NCBI GenBank assembly: GCA_041640595.1
Contig: JBEPZY010000003.1
Span: 244,773-308,772, forward strand
Source of the DNA: Gemmatales bacterium
GTDB taxonomy: Bacteria > Planctomycetota > Planctomycetia > Gemmatales > HRBIN36
Length of the DNA stretch: 64,000 nucleotides
Reading direction: 5' to 3'
The notes under the pieces are model-generated. The model was given only the letters and a program-made list of their open reading frames with translations, made no database searches and was not told the origin of the DNA. Below are positions 40,904 to 51,673 of the stretch, in pieces. Positions within the stretch are counted from its first letter, which is position 1, and each line of letters begins with the position of its first letter. Position numbers and translations under genes: made by a program.

Positions 40904-42328
40904 TCAGGGTTGTGCGGGTGCGAAGACGTACAGCTCGGTAACTTTGGGTGGCTGGTTGTCGAGGAATTTGAGCAGCGGATTGATGTCAATGGGTTTGCTC
41001 AAGTCGCGGGCGCGGGTGAGTTCGTCGAGCGGCTTGATCATGAGCGGCAGGAGTTTCTGCACATAGGATTGTTTGGCGTAAGCGGGGTGGCTTTGCACTT
41101 CCAGAAGCCGGGCCCGGAGCAGAGCCGCGTAGAACTGCCACGGTTGGCGGCGTCCTTCGGTGTCGGCGTTGGCCTGGGTAATCAGCTCGGCGACAAACCG
41201 GCCGACCTCGTGGAAAGCGTAGTCGCTCTGGTAGGGCCCTTTCGCATCGGGCAGCAGTGCCAGCAATCCTGCCGCCGCTTCTACCTGTTCGGCGAGGGAA
41301 GGTTGTGGGCTGAATTTCGCGGCTGGGTCAGCTTTCATGACCTGGAGAAAAATTTCCGCGACTCGGCCGGTCTTGGGATTGGCCGGGTCGAGCAGGGGTC
41401 GGCGAAGGTGAGCCAGTGCGCGTAATCCCGCCCGACGGAACGACTGCCAGCCCGCCTGTTCTTCCGATGGCCAGGTTTTGATCAGGGCCGGATCGAGATG
41501 GTAGGCCCAGGTGAGCCAGCGTTCGATGAGGGTAGCGGCTCGGGTTACGATTTCCGGCGGCAAAATGATCCGCTTCGGATCGCGGTTGCTGGCCACGGCG
41601 TGAAACAGCTCACCAAAACCGCGGATCGCCCAGTAGCGCTCGGATTGGTGCGCTGCCGAAGCATCTATCGGATACTTTTCCAGCGGATACAAAAGGACAG
41701 GGTAGATCTCGCCGATCCCTCGTTCGGCAAACAGGTAGGCCATGCGCATCGCGTTGATGCGTACAATCGGTCGCGGATCCTGCAAAACCCGCAGCAAGGC
41801 CGGAACGAACGCTCTGGCCAGTTCGCTGGCGTACTGGCGAACGCGGCGAGTCTGTTCGGGCGGAATATCCTCGCTCAATTCCAGGGCGCGGGCAAACGGT
41901 AACACCGTTTTGGCAAGCTGATCCATGTGTTCGCGGAGGGCGTTTGGTGTCGTGTACATCGGATTTTCATGGGTAAGTCTGTAGGCGTAAAACCGTGCCA
42001 CCTGTTCGAGCAACTTGCGGCGCTCCTGCTCATCCATGCTGAACTCGACATCGCCACTTCGCAACCGCGCCAGGGGAATTCGGTGGGCAGGAAGCAACTT
42101 TCCCTCGTCGAGACGGAGCGATTCTGCGGTCAGTGCGATGCCGGGCGCGACCGGTTTGGCAGGTGCTTTGTCCCCCGCCTTCTGGGCTGCGGGATCCTCG
42201 GCCGGCTTAGCGGGGGCTGGTTTGTCGGTGGGCTTGTCTTTATCGGGCTTTTCCGGCGCGGATTTCTCCTGTGCCACCACCAGTGCCGCAACCACCATCA
42301 AAATAGCGCAGACTGATTTGTGCCGCAT
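40904..42328 (-). CDS. Secreted helical hypothetical protein
   Basis: Signal peptide, K/P/D-rich linker, HEAT-like helices; start uncertain. Confidence 0.65.
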   Translation of the reverse strand: MRHKSVCAILMVVAALVVAQEKSAPEKPDKDKPTDKPAPAKPAEDPAAQKAGDKAPAKPVAPGIALTAESLRLDEGKLLPAHRIPLARLRSGDVEFSMDEQERRKLLEQVARFYAYRLTHENPMYTTPNALREHMDQLAKTVLPFARALELSEDIPPEQTRRVRQYASELARAFVPALLRVLQDPRPIVRINAMRMAYLFAERGIGEIYPVLLYPLEKYPIDASAAHQSERYWAIRGFGELFHAVASNRDPKRIILPPEIVTRAATLIERWLTWAYHLDPALIKTWPSEEQAGWQSFRRAGLRALAHLRRPLLDPANPKTGRVAEIFLQVMKADPAAKFSPQPSLAEQVEAAAGLLALLPDAKGPYQSDYAFHEVGRFVAELITQANADTEGRRQPWQFYAALLRARLLEVQSHPAYAKQSYVQKLLPLMIKPLDELTRARDLSKPIDINPLLKFLDNQPPKVTELYVFAPAQP

Positions 42329-42536
42329 GAGGTGTCTCCCAAGGCGGATTGACTGGACTACCTGAAGCAGAGCCCGGCCCCCCAACTGAGATGCCTCCAC
42401 CATCAGGTTATCACCGCATCTCCACCGCGTCAAGCATCAGCGAAGCCGGAGACTTGCGACTGCGGTTCGATCTGACTGTCGGCCACTCACCTGCGAGAGA
42501 ATCGCTCTCTCGCAATGACGGCTGCCGTCGCAGTAC

Positions 42537-42873
42537 CACGGCGGGCTGACGCCCACCGCTCTTGGTCGTGCGTGCGTATGTGCAGCGTAAAAATCGTTTT
42601 TTCGCCGGCAGAGATGCGCGTTCCGCCACAAGAGCGGGGGGCGTTAGCCCCCCGTGGCGCCGATAAACGCGAATGCAACGGCAATCCGCACACACACCGT
42701 CGGCGGTCTGCCGACGAATAGCGGGCGTGTGTGCGGATGCGATTTTGCCGGCCCACGGCGGGCTGACGCCCGCCGCTCTTGTTCGGATGTGCGGATGTGC
42801 AGCGTAAAAATCGTTTTTTCGCCGGCAGAGATGCGCGTTCGACCGCAAGAGCGGGGGGCGTTAGCCCCCCGTG
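42537..42873. repeat. REP/REPIN cluster 1 (four alternating 26-bp hairpin REPs, ~217-bp unit duplicated)
   Basis: CACGGCGGGC-TGAC-GCCC(A/G)CCGCTCT at 42537 and 42754; inverted AGAGCGGGGGGC-GTTA-GCCCCCCGTG at 42631 and 42848. Confidence 0.85.
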
Positions 42874-43044
42874 GTGTTGCTCTACGCGATGGCAACCCTA
42901 AGGCGACCACAATGGCCTACTGATTTAGTAACGCGTTAGCCCCCCGTGGTGTTGCTCTACGCGATGGCAACGACGGGGTCTGCAAAGTTATCGTGGACCC
43001 CGACGGTCGTTAGCCCCCGTGGTGTCGCTCCACGCGATGGCAAC
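42859..43044. repeat. CRISPR-like mini-array: three 37-38 bp repeats, two unique spacers (37 and 36 bp); repeat derived from a half-REP plus flank
   Basis: CGTTAGCCCCCCGTGGTGTTGCTCTACGCGATGGCAAC at 42859-42896 and 42934-42971 (identical) and 43008-43044 (3 differences). Confidence 0.85.
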
Positions 43045-43156
43045 GGCGGTCGGCACACGTACTCTCGGCGGTCTTCCGAGCGTTCGCGCTCGGGCCGGAT
43101 AGTACTTACGGGCGATCGTAGCAACCGCGAGGGGGTTTGCGAACCGGAGCAGAGCG

Positions 43157-44128
43157 TTACTCGGCGGGGAAGAGCGGTGTACTCAGATACCGTTCGCCGA
43201 GGTCGGGGATGATGACGACGATGACCTTACCTGCATTTTCCGGCCGATGGGCTACCTGTAAGGCCGCCCAGGTCGCCGCACCGGCACTGATCCCGCACAG
43301 GATACCTTCTTCCCGTGCCAGCCGACGCGACATCTCGAAGGCATCCTCATCCTGGACGGTGATAACCTCATCAATGATGTTGAGATTGAGCACATCGGGA
43401 ATGAAACCGGCACCGATACCCTGAATGCGATGTCGGCCGGGCTTGATCGGCTCACCGCGTAGCCGCTGGCTAATGACCGGGCTGGCGGCCGGCTCGACGG
43501 CAATGCAGCGGAAGGTGGGTTTGCGTTTCTTGATTACCTCGCCCACGCCGGTGATGGTTCCGCCTGTGCCCACGCCGCTGACCAGGATGTCGGCAGCGCC
43601 GCCGGTGTCGTTCCAGATTTCTTCGGCAGTGGTTCGGCGATGGATTTCCGGGTTGGCGGGGTTCTTGAACTGCTGCGGCATGTAGGCGTTGGGGGTTTTG
43701 GCCAGGATTTCCTCGGCTTTGGCAACCGCCCCACGCATCCCCTGATCGCCGGGCGTCAGGATGATTTCCGCACCGAATGCTTTGAGCAACCGCCGACGCT
43801 CGATGCTCATCGTTTCCGGCATGGTGACGATGAGCTTGTAGCCTTTGGCAGCGCAGGTGAACGCCAGAGCAATTCCCGTGTTGCCGCTGGTCGGTTCGAC
43901 AATCACGCTCTCGCCGGGTTTGATTTTCCCCTCGCGTTCTGCGGCTTCGATCATGGCCACGCCGATTCGATCCTTCACCGACCATAGCGGGTTGAAATTC
44001 TCCAGTTTCGCCAGCACGGTCGCTTTGGCGTCGCCGACCACGCGGCGGAGTTTGACCAGTGGCGTGTGGCCGATGGTTTCGGTAATGCTTTCATACACGC
44101 GACCACGAAACGGCAATGGATATTTCAT
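43157..44128 (-). CDS. cysK: Cysteine synthase A
   Basis: [50 protein letters not shown]. Confidence 0.95.
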   Translation of the reverse strand: MKYPLPFRGRVYESITETIGHTPLVKLRRVVGDAKATVLAKLENFNPLWSVKDRIGVAMIEAAEREGKIKPGESVIVEPTSGNTGIALAFTCAAKGYKLIVTMPETMSIERRRLLKAFGAEIILTPGDQGMRGAVAKAEEILAKTPNAYMPQQFKNPANPEIHRRTTAEEIWNDTGGAADILVSGVGTGGTITGVGEVIKKRKPTFRCIAVEPAASPVISQRLRGEPIKPGRHRIQGIGAGFIPDVLNLNIIDEVITVQDEDAFEMSRRLAREEGILCGISAGAATWAALQVAHRPENAGKVIVVIIPDLGERYLSTPLFPAE

Positions 44129-44466
44129 CTCTCGTCCCTCACTGGCATGGCCGGCGTCCCTGGGCCTGGCTCAGTGAGCGGGTTCCAGAGCGTCGGCGCG
44201 GCCGGTCACCGGAACTGCATGCGGCAGCCGGATCAGCGGCGTTGACTCACTCTCCACCAGGTGAAATCCCGCGGCAAGAACATCAGTTCTGCTCGCCAGT
44301 GCCCTGGCGGTGTTCCCCTGCGATCGGCATTTTTAGAATATAGGCGGATTGCGGCGACGAATCCAGGTCAGTTTTGCTGGGGCCGTCTGCGCACGCACGG
44401 CCATCTTGTCTGCCCTTCCGCTTCAGCCGCGTTCCCTGCGATCAGCCGTGTTCCCAGCGATGGGTC

Positions 44467-45378
44467 TTAGCGCGAGCCGGAACGCAGGTGCTTGTCGAAA
44501 AAGTCGGCGATCGTCTTGCGGATCTCCGGGGTGTTGAACTGCGGGCCACCGTGACCAGCACCGTCCAATTTGACCAGCGTAACTTCCACGCCGGCCTTCT
44601 TGAGAGCATCGGCCAGGATTTCGCTCTGGCTGACCGGCACCAGTTTGTCCGCCGTACCGTGCAGGATCAGGAATGACGGGTCGTCTTTGCTGACATGAGT
44701 AACCGGACTGGCGAGCCGGGCCAGGTCTTTCTTTTCCTCCACCGTGCCGCCGAACAAACGCGAGATCGCGGACTTCGGATCACGGTTGGCCGGTTCGAAG
44801 CGGAGAAAATCGGTGGGGCCGAACAGGTCGCACACCGCCTGGACGCGACTGGAAACGCCGGTCGTGCCGAGTTCGCCTTCCAGTTCTTTGACATCCCCGC
44901 CGGTGCCCAGTAATGCTACCAGATGCCCGCCGGCAGAACCTCCGGCCACACCGATCCGCTGCGGGTCTATGCCGTATTTGGAAGCGTTGGCCCGAAGCCA
45001 GCGAATCGCCGCTTTGCAATCGTGAATCTGGGCCGGAAAGACTGCGTGCTGGCTCAGCCGATAACCGACACTCGCCACGGCGTAGCCGCGTTCCAAAAGC
45101 CAGAGCATCGGCACATTATCTTTCGAGCCGGCCTGCCAGCCGCCGCCGTGAATCCAGACCACCAGCGGCAGGGGAGACGTTGCTTTCTCCGGCAGGTACA
45201 GGTCGAGCTTCTGCCGTTCGTGTCCGTTGGGAACGTACTCCAGGTCGCGCAGTACCTTGGTTCCCGGCGGCAAAGTCGGTTTGGGCTTCGCTTTCTCCTG
45301 CGCCGGGGTCTGCAAGAGCAGGCACGCAGTCAGCAGCCCGGCCAGTAGCAGTTGCGGCAGCGTTCGCGGCATGGCCAT
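44467..45378 (-). CDS. Secreted alpha/beta hydrolase (carboxylesterase-like)
   Basis: HGGGW, GGSAGG nucleophile elbow, HGTAD, GAGHG; signal peptide. Confidence 0.9.
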   Translation of the reverse strand: MAMPRTLPQLLLAGLLTACLLLQTPAQEKAKPKPTLPPGTKVLRDLEYVPNGHERQKLDLYLPEKATSPLPLVVWIHGGGWQAGSKDNVPMLWLLERGYAVASVGYRLSQHAVFPAQIHDCKAAIRWLRANASKYGIDPQRIGVAGGSAGGHLVALLGTGGDVKELEGELGTTGVSSRVQAVCDLFGPTDFLRFEPANRDPKSAISRLFGGTVEEKKDLARLASPVTHVSKDDPSFLILHGTADKLVPVSQSEILADALKKAGVEVTLVKLDGAGHGGPQFNTPEIRKTIADFFDKHLRSGSR

Positions 45379-45540
45379 TCCTCCTGGCACCTTATTATGG
45401 CGCTCCGTCTCACATCCGCCCCGCTGGCGAATGTCCCGGAGCGACAATCTTCGCTGCAAAATCGAGACGTTGTTCTGGCACAAGCAGTGGATAGGCAGGC
45501 CGATTCCCGCTCGACCGTCTTCCGGTTGGTCGGATCGCCC

Positions 45541-46500
45541 TCACTGGAACAACGCGCTGACCGATTCGTTGCGGTGGATGCGGCGGATAGCTTCGCCCAG
45601 CATCGGCGCCAGGCTGAGGATGCGCAGGTTGGGGAGCCGTTTTTCCGGCGGCACAGGAATGCTGTCGGTGACCACGATTTCGTTGAAAGGAGCTTCGCGG
45701 AGTCGCTCAATTGCGGGGCCGCACAACACCGCATGGGTAGCGAAAGCGTAGATGCTGCGGGCACCGTTGCGAGCACACACCTGGGCAGCTCCGACGATGC
45801 TCCCACCCGTCGCGATCATGTCGTCAAAGAGCAGTGCCACTTTGCCCCGCAGCGGATCGCCAATGAGATTCGCCTGACGCGTTTCGGTGGCGCTCGACCG
45901 GCGTTTGTCCACGATGGCCAGACCACCGCCCAGTTTCTTCTGGTGAGCCAGCGCCATTTTGATCCGCCCTTCGTCCGGGCTGACGATCACCAGTTCGTCG
46001 CTCTCCAGTCGCAGCGTTCGCTTGATGTATTCATCGAAAACCGGCGCTGCCAGCAGATGGTCAACCGGAATGTCGAAGAATCCTTGAATCTGATAGGCAT
46101 GCAAATCCACGGTCAACACGCGATTGGCGCCGGCTACCGTGAGCAGATTGGCCACCAGCTTGGCGGAGATCGGCACGCGGCCGACATCCTTGCGATCCTG
46201 CCGGGCGTAACCGTAATACGGCAACACCGCCGTGATCCGTGCCGCACTGGCCCGCCGAAAGCTGTCGATCATGATCAGCAGTTCCATCAGGTTCTCGTTG
46301 ACCGGCGGGCAGGTCGGCTGCACCAGGAACACATCGCGGCCCCGCACATCCTCCTCGATGCGCACCGAAATTTCCCCATCCGGAAAGTTGCCCAGCGACA
46401 TCTTGCCCAACGGCACACGCAACGCCTGGCAGATATCCGCGGCCAGTTGCGGATGAGCCCGTCCGCTAAAAATCTTCATCTCGAAGTTGTTATCCTGCAT
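45541..46500 (-). CDS. prs: Ribose-phosphate pyrophosphokinase
   Basis: FPDGEI, PYYGYARQDRK, VDLHAYQIQGFF, VSPDEG, DDMIATGG. Confidence 0.96.
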   Translation of the reverse strand: MQDNNFEMKIFSGRAHPQLAADICQALRVPLGKMSLGNFPDGEISVRIEEDVRGRDVFLVQPTCPPVNENLMELLIMIDSFRRASAARITAVLPYYGYARQDRKDVGRVPISAKLVANLLTVAGANRVLTVDLHAYQIQGFFDIPVDHLLAAPVFDEYIKRTLRLESDELVIVSPDEGRIKMALAHQKKLGGGLAIVDKRRSSATETRQANLIGDPLRGKVALLFDDMIATGGSIVGAAQVCARNGARSIYAFATHAVLCGPAIERLREAPFNEIVVTDSIPVPPEKRLPNLRILSLAPMLGEAIRRIHRNESVSALFQ

Positions 46501-46817
46501 GGTGCGCATATCCTCGGCGAAACCCCCAACACGCCTGCCGCCATTATCGCCCATCGGTTCTCTTTCGTCAACCAAAAACCGAGGCCAGGCCCATCTTCTC
46601 AAGCCGACCAGTATCGTCTTGTTGAGGTGTTACTCGTTGGGCATCCACTGGTGCTACTAGGTTGTGGGAAGTTCGTCCATTCGGGTAAGCCAGACAATAC
46701 CTTCGCCAACTATCATACCTTGGAACTGGCTTCGGATTACGATAACCTCAGCCATCTGGTTCAGATGGTTTCTCTACACACAGCGATTCGCAGAATAGCG
46801 AATGAAGGGTACGAAGC

Positions 46818-47795
46818 ATGAACCGACCGATGCAGCTGACCTTCGATCTTACATCCGAGCAAGAAGCAGAAGTGGAGCAGTTGCAGTCCCTGCTCGTGGC
46901 GGAAATGAGAAATAAGAACAAAAGCGGTAAAGTCTTAGCGATTCGCTGGTACGGTGGTAAGTTTAGCCATCTGGACTGGCTACTACCGCTTTTACCTCGA
47001 TGTCAGCATTTCTGCGAACCGTTCGGTGGCTCTGCAGCGGTTCTGCTAAACAGGGATCCAGCGCCGGTGGAGACGTACAACGACATTGATGGTGACCTCG
47101 TCAACTTTTTCCGAGTGCTGCGGGACAAACCGGAAGAGCTTATCGAGAAACTGGTATTGACGCCATTCTCGCGGGAGGAATTTCGTGCGGCTTACCAGAT
47201 GCGTGGCAGAGCCGACCTACCCGACGTCGAAAGAGCACGCCTGTTTTTTGTCCGTGCAGAACAGGTACGAATCGGACTAGCCCAAACCTCCACGGCGGGA
47301 CGATGGGCTTGGTGCAAGCTTACCAGTAGAAGGGGCATGTCAGGCTCCATTTCCCGATGGCTCAACAGGATAGATGCACTGTGGGCTGTGAGCGAGAGGC
47401 TCCGGAGAGTTCAGATCGAAAATCGGGATGCCATCGAGCTGATCGAGCAGTATGACAGCCCGGAAACGCTATTCTATGTGGACCCACCTTATCCCCACGA
47501 GGCCCGCGGGGACGTTCACTCCTATGCTTACGAGCTGACAGAAGCGGATCACGAAAAACTCGCCTCCGTCCTGCATTCCGTAAGGGGCAAAGTCGCTCTT
47601 TCAGGATACCGCTCTCCGCTCACCGACCGACTTTACCGCGACTGGACGCGAATAGACGCTCCTCAGGCTATCATTCACTCCGTCAAAAAACCACGCACAG
47701 AATCCGTTTGGATCAATTACAAACTCGCGGAGATTGGCCAGTCGGCCGTTCGCAAATTAAAGGAGTTAGGAGTCAAGTTCCATGTCCACGCCTAA
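46818..47795 (+). CDS. DNA adenine methyltransferase (Dam/D12-like, alpha class)
   Basis: WYGGK, EPFGGSAAV, YNDID, FYVDPPY, LSGY. Confidence 0.9.
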   Translation: MNRPMQLTFDLTSEQEAEVEQLQSLLVAEMRNKNKSGKVLAIRWYGGKFSHLDWLLPLLPRCQHFCEPFGGSAAVLLNRDPAPVETYNDIDGDLVNFFRVLRDKPEELIEKLVLTPFSREEFRAAYQMRGRADLPDVERARLFFVRAEQVRIGLAQTSTAGRWAWCKLTSRRGMSGSISRWLNRIDALWAVSERLRRVQIENRDAIELIEQYDSPETLFYVDPPYPHEARGDVHSYAYELTEADHEKLASVLHSVRGKVALSGYRSPLTDRLYRDWTRIDAPQAIIHSVKKPRTESVWINYKLAEIGQSAVRKLKELGVKFHVHA

Positions 47796-48888
47796 GGATT
47801 TACAAGCCGAAGCAAAAGCGGTGCTGGAGTCGGCATGGGAACAAGTGAAGCGTATCCCCACAGAAGACCTTGAGAGCCACCACTTTGTGGCCGAGGTCGA
47901 GCTTCAAGCAAAGATAAAGGAGTTGATCACTGCTCGCACCACGGCTTTCCGGTATGCAGTTCTGACTCAGGCTCTCGCCAAGGCTTCACAACAAGACCTA
48001 AACTGTCTCGTGCTTCAAGCTGGCGCGGGTCTCCCAGGGGCATTCGACGCCAGGTCGCTTTGTAAAAAAGTCGTCGTTCCGTTTGAGAGGCGATATTTCC
48101 CAGGCGTTCTTGGAACATCTCAGGATCCCTATGTTAGCAAGCCGCTTCGGCGTCCGTGCGTTACTTTGGAAAAGCGGGTTCTTCGCGAAATCAAAAACAA
48201 GGGCGAATGGGAGAAGCTATATGATTTGTTGAACGCGATCGAGCAGCGCAACGACCCCGACTTTAGTCAACGTGTACTCAGGCAGGTCTTGTTGGAAATA
48301 CGCAGGCTCGCATCGCAGCGACTGCCACCTTTGCCCAAAAACATAAGCGCGGGGGCGATTCGGGCCATTTTGGAGAAATACCTTGCCCGTTCTACCCTGG
48401 GTTTGGGACCCCAAGCTGTTGCTTATGCGTTACTGAAAGTTTTCAACAAACGAACTCGCGCCTATCAGGAGGTGATCAGCAATCAGCCAACCACCCCCGA
48501 TGCTGCTGCCGGCCGTGCAGCCGATATCGAGTGCACGGGCCCAGATGGTACTTTGCAGCTCGCTGTCTGTGTAACCCAGAGACTGGATGTTCAAAAACTG
48601 GAAGAGGATTTGAGAAAGTGCAGCCAAAGTGCGGTAGCCAACGTTTTATTCCTGGCCTCCCAGATTACTGTGGACTTGGAGGAGGCGTATCGAAAGGCGG
48701 CCGAGCACGGGGTCAATGCCACGATTAACACGCTCCGTGACTTTGTGTTATCTGTTACGGCTCTGCTGAACGGCGAAATGCGACGGGAATTGATCGAGGA
48801 GGTCGTGCAAGTTCTGGATGATTGGGGCGGTATCAGCGCCGTGACCGAGTTGACCGACGTGATCAGGGAGATATTGGGCTTGCCGTAA
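47782..48888 (+). CDS. Putative type II restriction endonuclease (SacI-like family)
   Basis: Overlaps the MTase; FDARSLCKKVVVPF..SQDPYVSKPLR and D..GRAADIE resemble SacI-family REases. Confidence 0.65.
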   Translation: MSTPKDLQAEAKAVLESAWEQVKRIPTEDLESHHFVAEVELQAKIKELITARTTAFRYAVLTQALAKASQQDLNCLVLQAGAGLPGAFDARSLCKKVVVPFERRYFPGVLGTSQDPYVSKPLRRPCVTLEKRVLREIKNKGEWEKLYDLLNAIEQRNDPDFSQRVLRQVLLEIRRLASQRLPPLPKNISAGAIRAILEKYLARSTLGLGPQAVAYALLKVFNKRTRAYQEVISNQPTTPDAAAGRAADIECTGPDGTLQLAVCVTQRLDVQKLEEDLRKCSQSAVANVLFLASQITVDLEEAYRKAAEHGVNATINTLRDFVLSVTALLNGEMRRELIEEVVQVLDDWGGISAVTELTDVIREILGLP

Positions 48889-48991
48889 GCCAGTCGTGTG
48901 AACGCCGTTGTGATGCGTTGGTGAGCCGCGGCGTTCCTGGGAAACATGCGTTTGTGCACCGCGAATCTCGTTATTTTTGAGTGAACAAACG

Positions 48992-49577
48992 ACGTGCACC
49001 AGGAGCGGCTGGCGTGAGTCAGCCGTGGACAAAGTAACGCGCCCGTCCCTGAAAAGCGCATATCTGCAACCGCATCCGCACGTGCACCAGGAGCGGCTCG
49101 CGTAAGCCAGCCGTGGTTCAGGATAGTCGCACTGGCAGGGGACTGCGCCTTCCGACGATGACCGCGGGTCGCTTGTGTTCATCCGTCGCATCGTCGGCGA
49201 ACAGTACCGGATTTTCGCGGCACAGCGTTCGGTCTGTCGAGCCACGGCGGGCTGACGCCCGCCGCTCTTGCGAGTGGGCGTTCGCACATCGCAAAAATCG
49301 TTTTGTCGCTCGCAGACATCCGTACACCAACACAAGAGCGGGGGGGGTGTAAGCCCCCCGTGGTACCTATTTAACGCGAGTGCAACGGCGATCCGCACAA
49401 ACACCGTCGGCGGTCTGCCGAACAAGTGCGCTTGTGTCTGCGAGAACGTGTTTCCCACACGCACGGCGGGCTGACGCCCGCCGCTCTTGGTTGGACGCAC
49501 GCCTCCGCATCGCAAGTCGCACATCTCGCACCGAACAAACGCCGTGCACCAGGAGCGGCTGGCGTAAGTCAGCCGTG
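48992..49577. repeat. REP/REPIN cluster 2
   Basis: About six REPs of the three stem variants; 49243-49490 is homologous to 42537-42780 and 53494-53726. Confidence 0.85.
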
Positions 49578-50071
49578 TTCGCAGTAGCGTAGCCCAGGTA
49601 AAGAGCGCTTATGCTCGGTAAGCACAATCAGCCTCCGTGCGAAACGAGCAGGGCAACGAAACAAGGAGCGCGGTCCTGTCCGTCTTGGTCGGCATGCAGT
49701 CCCCGATACAAAAGAGCGGTTGCTCCCACTCGGGGTTCACGGACAGTTCCCACGAAGCATAACGCTACAATTGCCGATGGGATATCTCCGTATTGCGTTA
49801 ATCGTCCGTAACGCAAATTTCACGGTTTGCACGACAGACACGCACCCTGGCATCGCCCGTCGCTCGCTGGCTCCAGGTGGAGCAACGCTTACCACTTCAG
49901 GCACGCTGCTGGCGTTTGTCGTGGTGGGCGTCAGGGGAACAGCATTCTGGACGCTATGCTCGCCGGTGCCGTTGGGCCGAATAAAATGGGCAGTCCTCCT
50001 CAATACCCGTTCAACTCGCAACCACCTGGATGTTCGCCGGTACAGCGATCGGGTTCGTACAATGCTGGGGG

Positions 50072-50758
50072 ATGACAGGGGTGGATTTTTCGCAGCTGGG
50101 GAGGGAGGGACCGCTGGCGGTGCTGGTCAGCGGGGGCGTGGACAGTGCCGTGCTGGTGGGTTTAGCGGCGCGGCAGATGGTTTTGCTCCATCCGCTTTAC
50201 ATTCGCTGCGGCTTGCACTGGGAGGAGGTGGAACTTTTGTACTTGCGGCGGTTTTTGGCGGCGCTGAATGCACAACAGGTGCGGCCACTGGTGGTGCTGG
50301 AACTGCCGGTGCGGGATTTGTACGGCGAGCACTGGAGCGTTCATGGTCGGCAGGTGCCGGATGCCGATTCTCCCGATGAAGCGGTCTATCTGCCGGGCCG
50401 GAATGTGATCTTGTTGAGCAAGGCGTTGCTGTGGTGCCATCTGCACCGGGTGCCGGTGCTGGCACTGGGGACGTTGCGGGGCAATCCCTTTGCCGACGCC
50501 ACGCCGGAATTTTTGTCGCGGATGGCTGAAGCGGTGAACCAGGCCTGCGGCGATCGGTTGCGGGTGGTGCAACCGTTGCGGCATCTGGACAAGGCCCAGG
50601 TGGTGGCTCTGGGTCGGGAACTGCCGCTGGGCTGGACGTTTTCCTGCGTGGCTCCGCAGGGTCAACTGCATTGCGGTCGCTGTAACAAGTGTGCCGAACG
50701 TCGCCGGGCTTTTGCCGCCTGTAACCTGCCCGACCCCACCGTCTATGCCCATGCTTGA
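50072..50758 (+). CDS. queC: 7-cyano-7-deazaguanine synthase (QueC family)
   Basis: VLVSGGVDS, YLPGRN, FADAT, TFSC..HCGRCNKCAER. Confidence 0.85.
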   Translation: MTGVDFSQLGREGPLAVLVSGGVDSAVLVGLAARQMVLLHPLYIRCGLHWEEVELLYLRRFLAALNAQQVRPLVVLELPVRDLYGEHWSVHGRQVPDADSPDEAVYLPGRNVILLSKALLWCHLHRVPVLALGTLRGNPFADATPEFLSRMAEAVNQACGDRLRVVQPLRHLDKAQVVALGRELPLGWTFSCVAPQGQLHCGRCNKCAERRRAFAACNLPDPTVYAHA

Positions 50759-50783
50759 ACAAGAGCGGCCAGGGAGGTAGTGC

Positions 50784-51194
50784 ATGTATCGGATCAGCCG
50801 CGAGATTTATTTCTGTTACGGTCATCGCCTGCTCAATTACGAGGGGAAATGTCGCTATTTGCACGGCCACAACGGCAAGGCGATCATCACTCTGGAAGCT
50901 GCCGCCTTGGATAGTCGCGGCATGGTGCTCGATTTTGCCCAGATCAAACGGGTCATTCAGGGCTGGATTGATACGCACCTCGACCACAAAATGATCCTGC
51001 ACCGCGACGATCCAATCGTGCCGTATTTGCGGCAGCTGGGCGAACCGTTTTACCTGCTGGACGTGAATCCGACGGCGGAAAACATTGCCCGGCTGATTTA
51101 CGAATACGCCCGGCAGGAAGGTTTTCCCGTGGTGTCGGTGAGTCTCTGGGAAACGGAAAGTTGCTATGCTACCTATATGCCGGAATCACGCTGA
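50784..51194 (+). CDS. queD: 6-carboxytetrahydropterin / 6-pyruvoyl-tetrahydropterin synthase
   Basis: GHRL..CRYLHGHN, GMVLDF, LDH, NPTAENIA, LWETE. Confidence 0.9.
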   Translation: MYRISREIYFCYGHRLLNYEGKCRYLHGHNGKAIITLEAAALDSRGMVLDFAQIKRVIQGWIDTHLDHKMILHRDDPIVPYLRQLGEPFYLLDVNPTAENIARLIYEYARQEGFPVVSVSLWETESCYATYMPESR

Positions 51195-51259
51195 GCCAAG
51201 ACACGGGCCCCGGCGTGAACGGATCGGCAGCAGACCCGAATTCGGGCGGGAGGAGGAGC

Positions 51260-51604
51260 ATGGTCGAGTTGCGTGTGCTCAGTGACGAAGAAATCCAGCA
51301 GCGCTTGCAGCAACTTCCTCAGTGGGAATACCGCGAAGGCTGGCTGCGACGAAAATATCGCACACCCGGCTACGCCCACACATTGCTTCTGGCCAACGCC
51401 ATCGGATACATTTCCGAGGCGGCTTATCATCATCCTGATCTGACCCTGGGCTATGCCGAACTCACCGTCAAATTGCAGACGCACAAAGTACGCGGTATTA
51501 CCGAACTCGATTTCGAGCTGGCCAGACGCATCGAACAACTGGCCACCTGGAAACCCGAACCCGGTTCGCCCTTACCAGGTTTTCCGAAAAAGTGGGTAGA
51601 ATGA
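51260..51604 (+). CDS. Pterin-4-alpha-carbinolamine dehydratase
   Basis: EAAYHHPDL, TH..GITELDFELARRIE; GGAGG RBS. Confidence 0.88.
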   Translation: MVELRVLSDEEIQQRLQQLPQWEYREGWLRRKYRTPGYAHTLLLANAIGYISEAAYHHPDLTLGYAELTVKLQTHKVRGITELDFELARRIEQLATWKPEPGSPLPGFPKKWVE

Positions 51605-51673
51605 GCCGGACAATCGTCGGCGTGGGAATGGTGGCGTGGAAAGCGCCGACCGTCTGGGTGAGCGTTGCCGGCC

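Noticed and set aside
42411..43212. Small ORFs across REP clusters (also 48591-49627 and 53127-53888) with HGGLTPPAL-type peptides
   Set aside because: Translations of REP repeats, not credible genes.
44130..44460. SAM or cobalamin riboswitch upstream of cysK; 19-bp tandem duplication at 44423-44460
   Set aside because: No consensus riboswitch motifs recognised; the duplication has no insert and looks like ordinary slippage.
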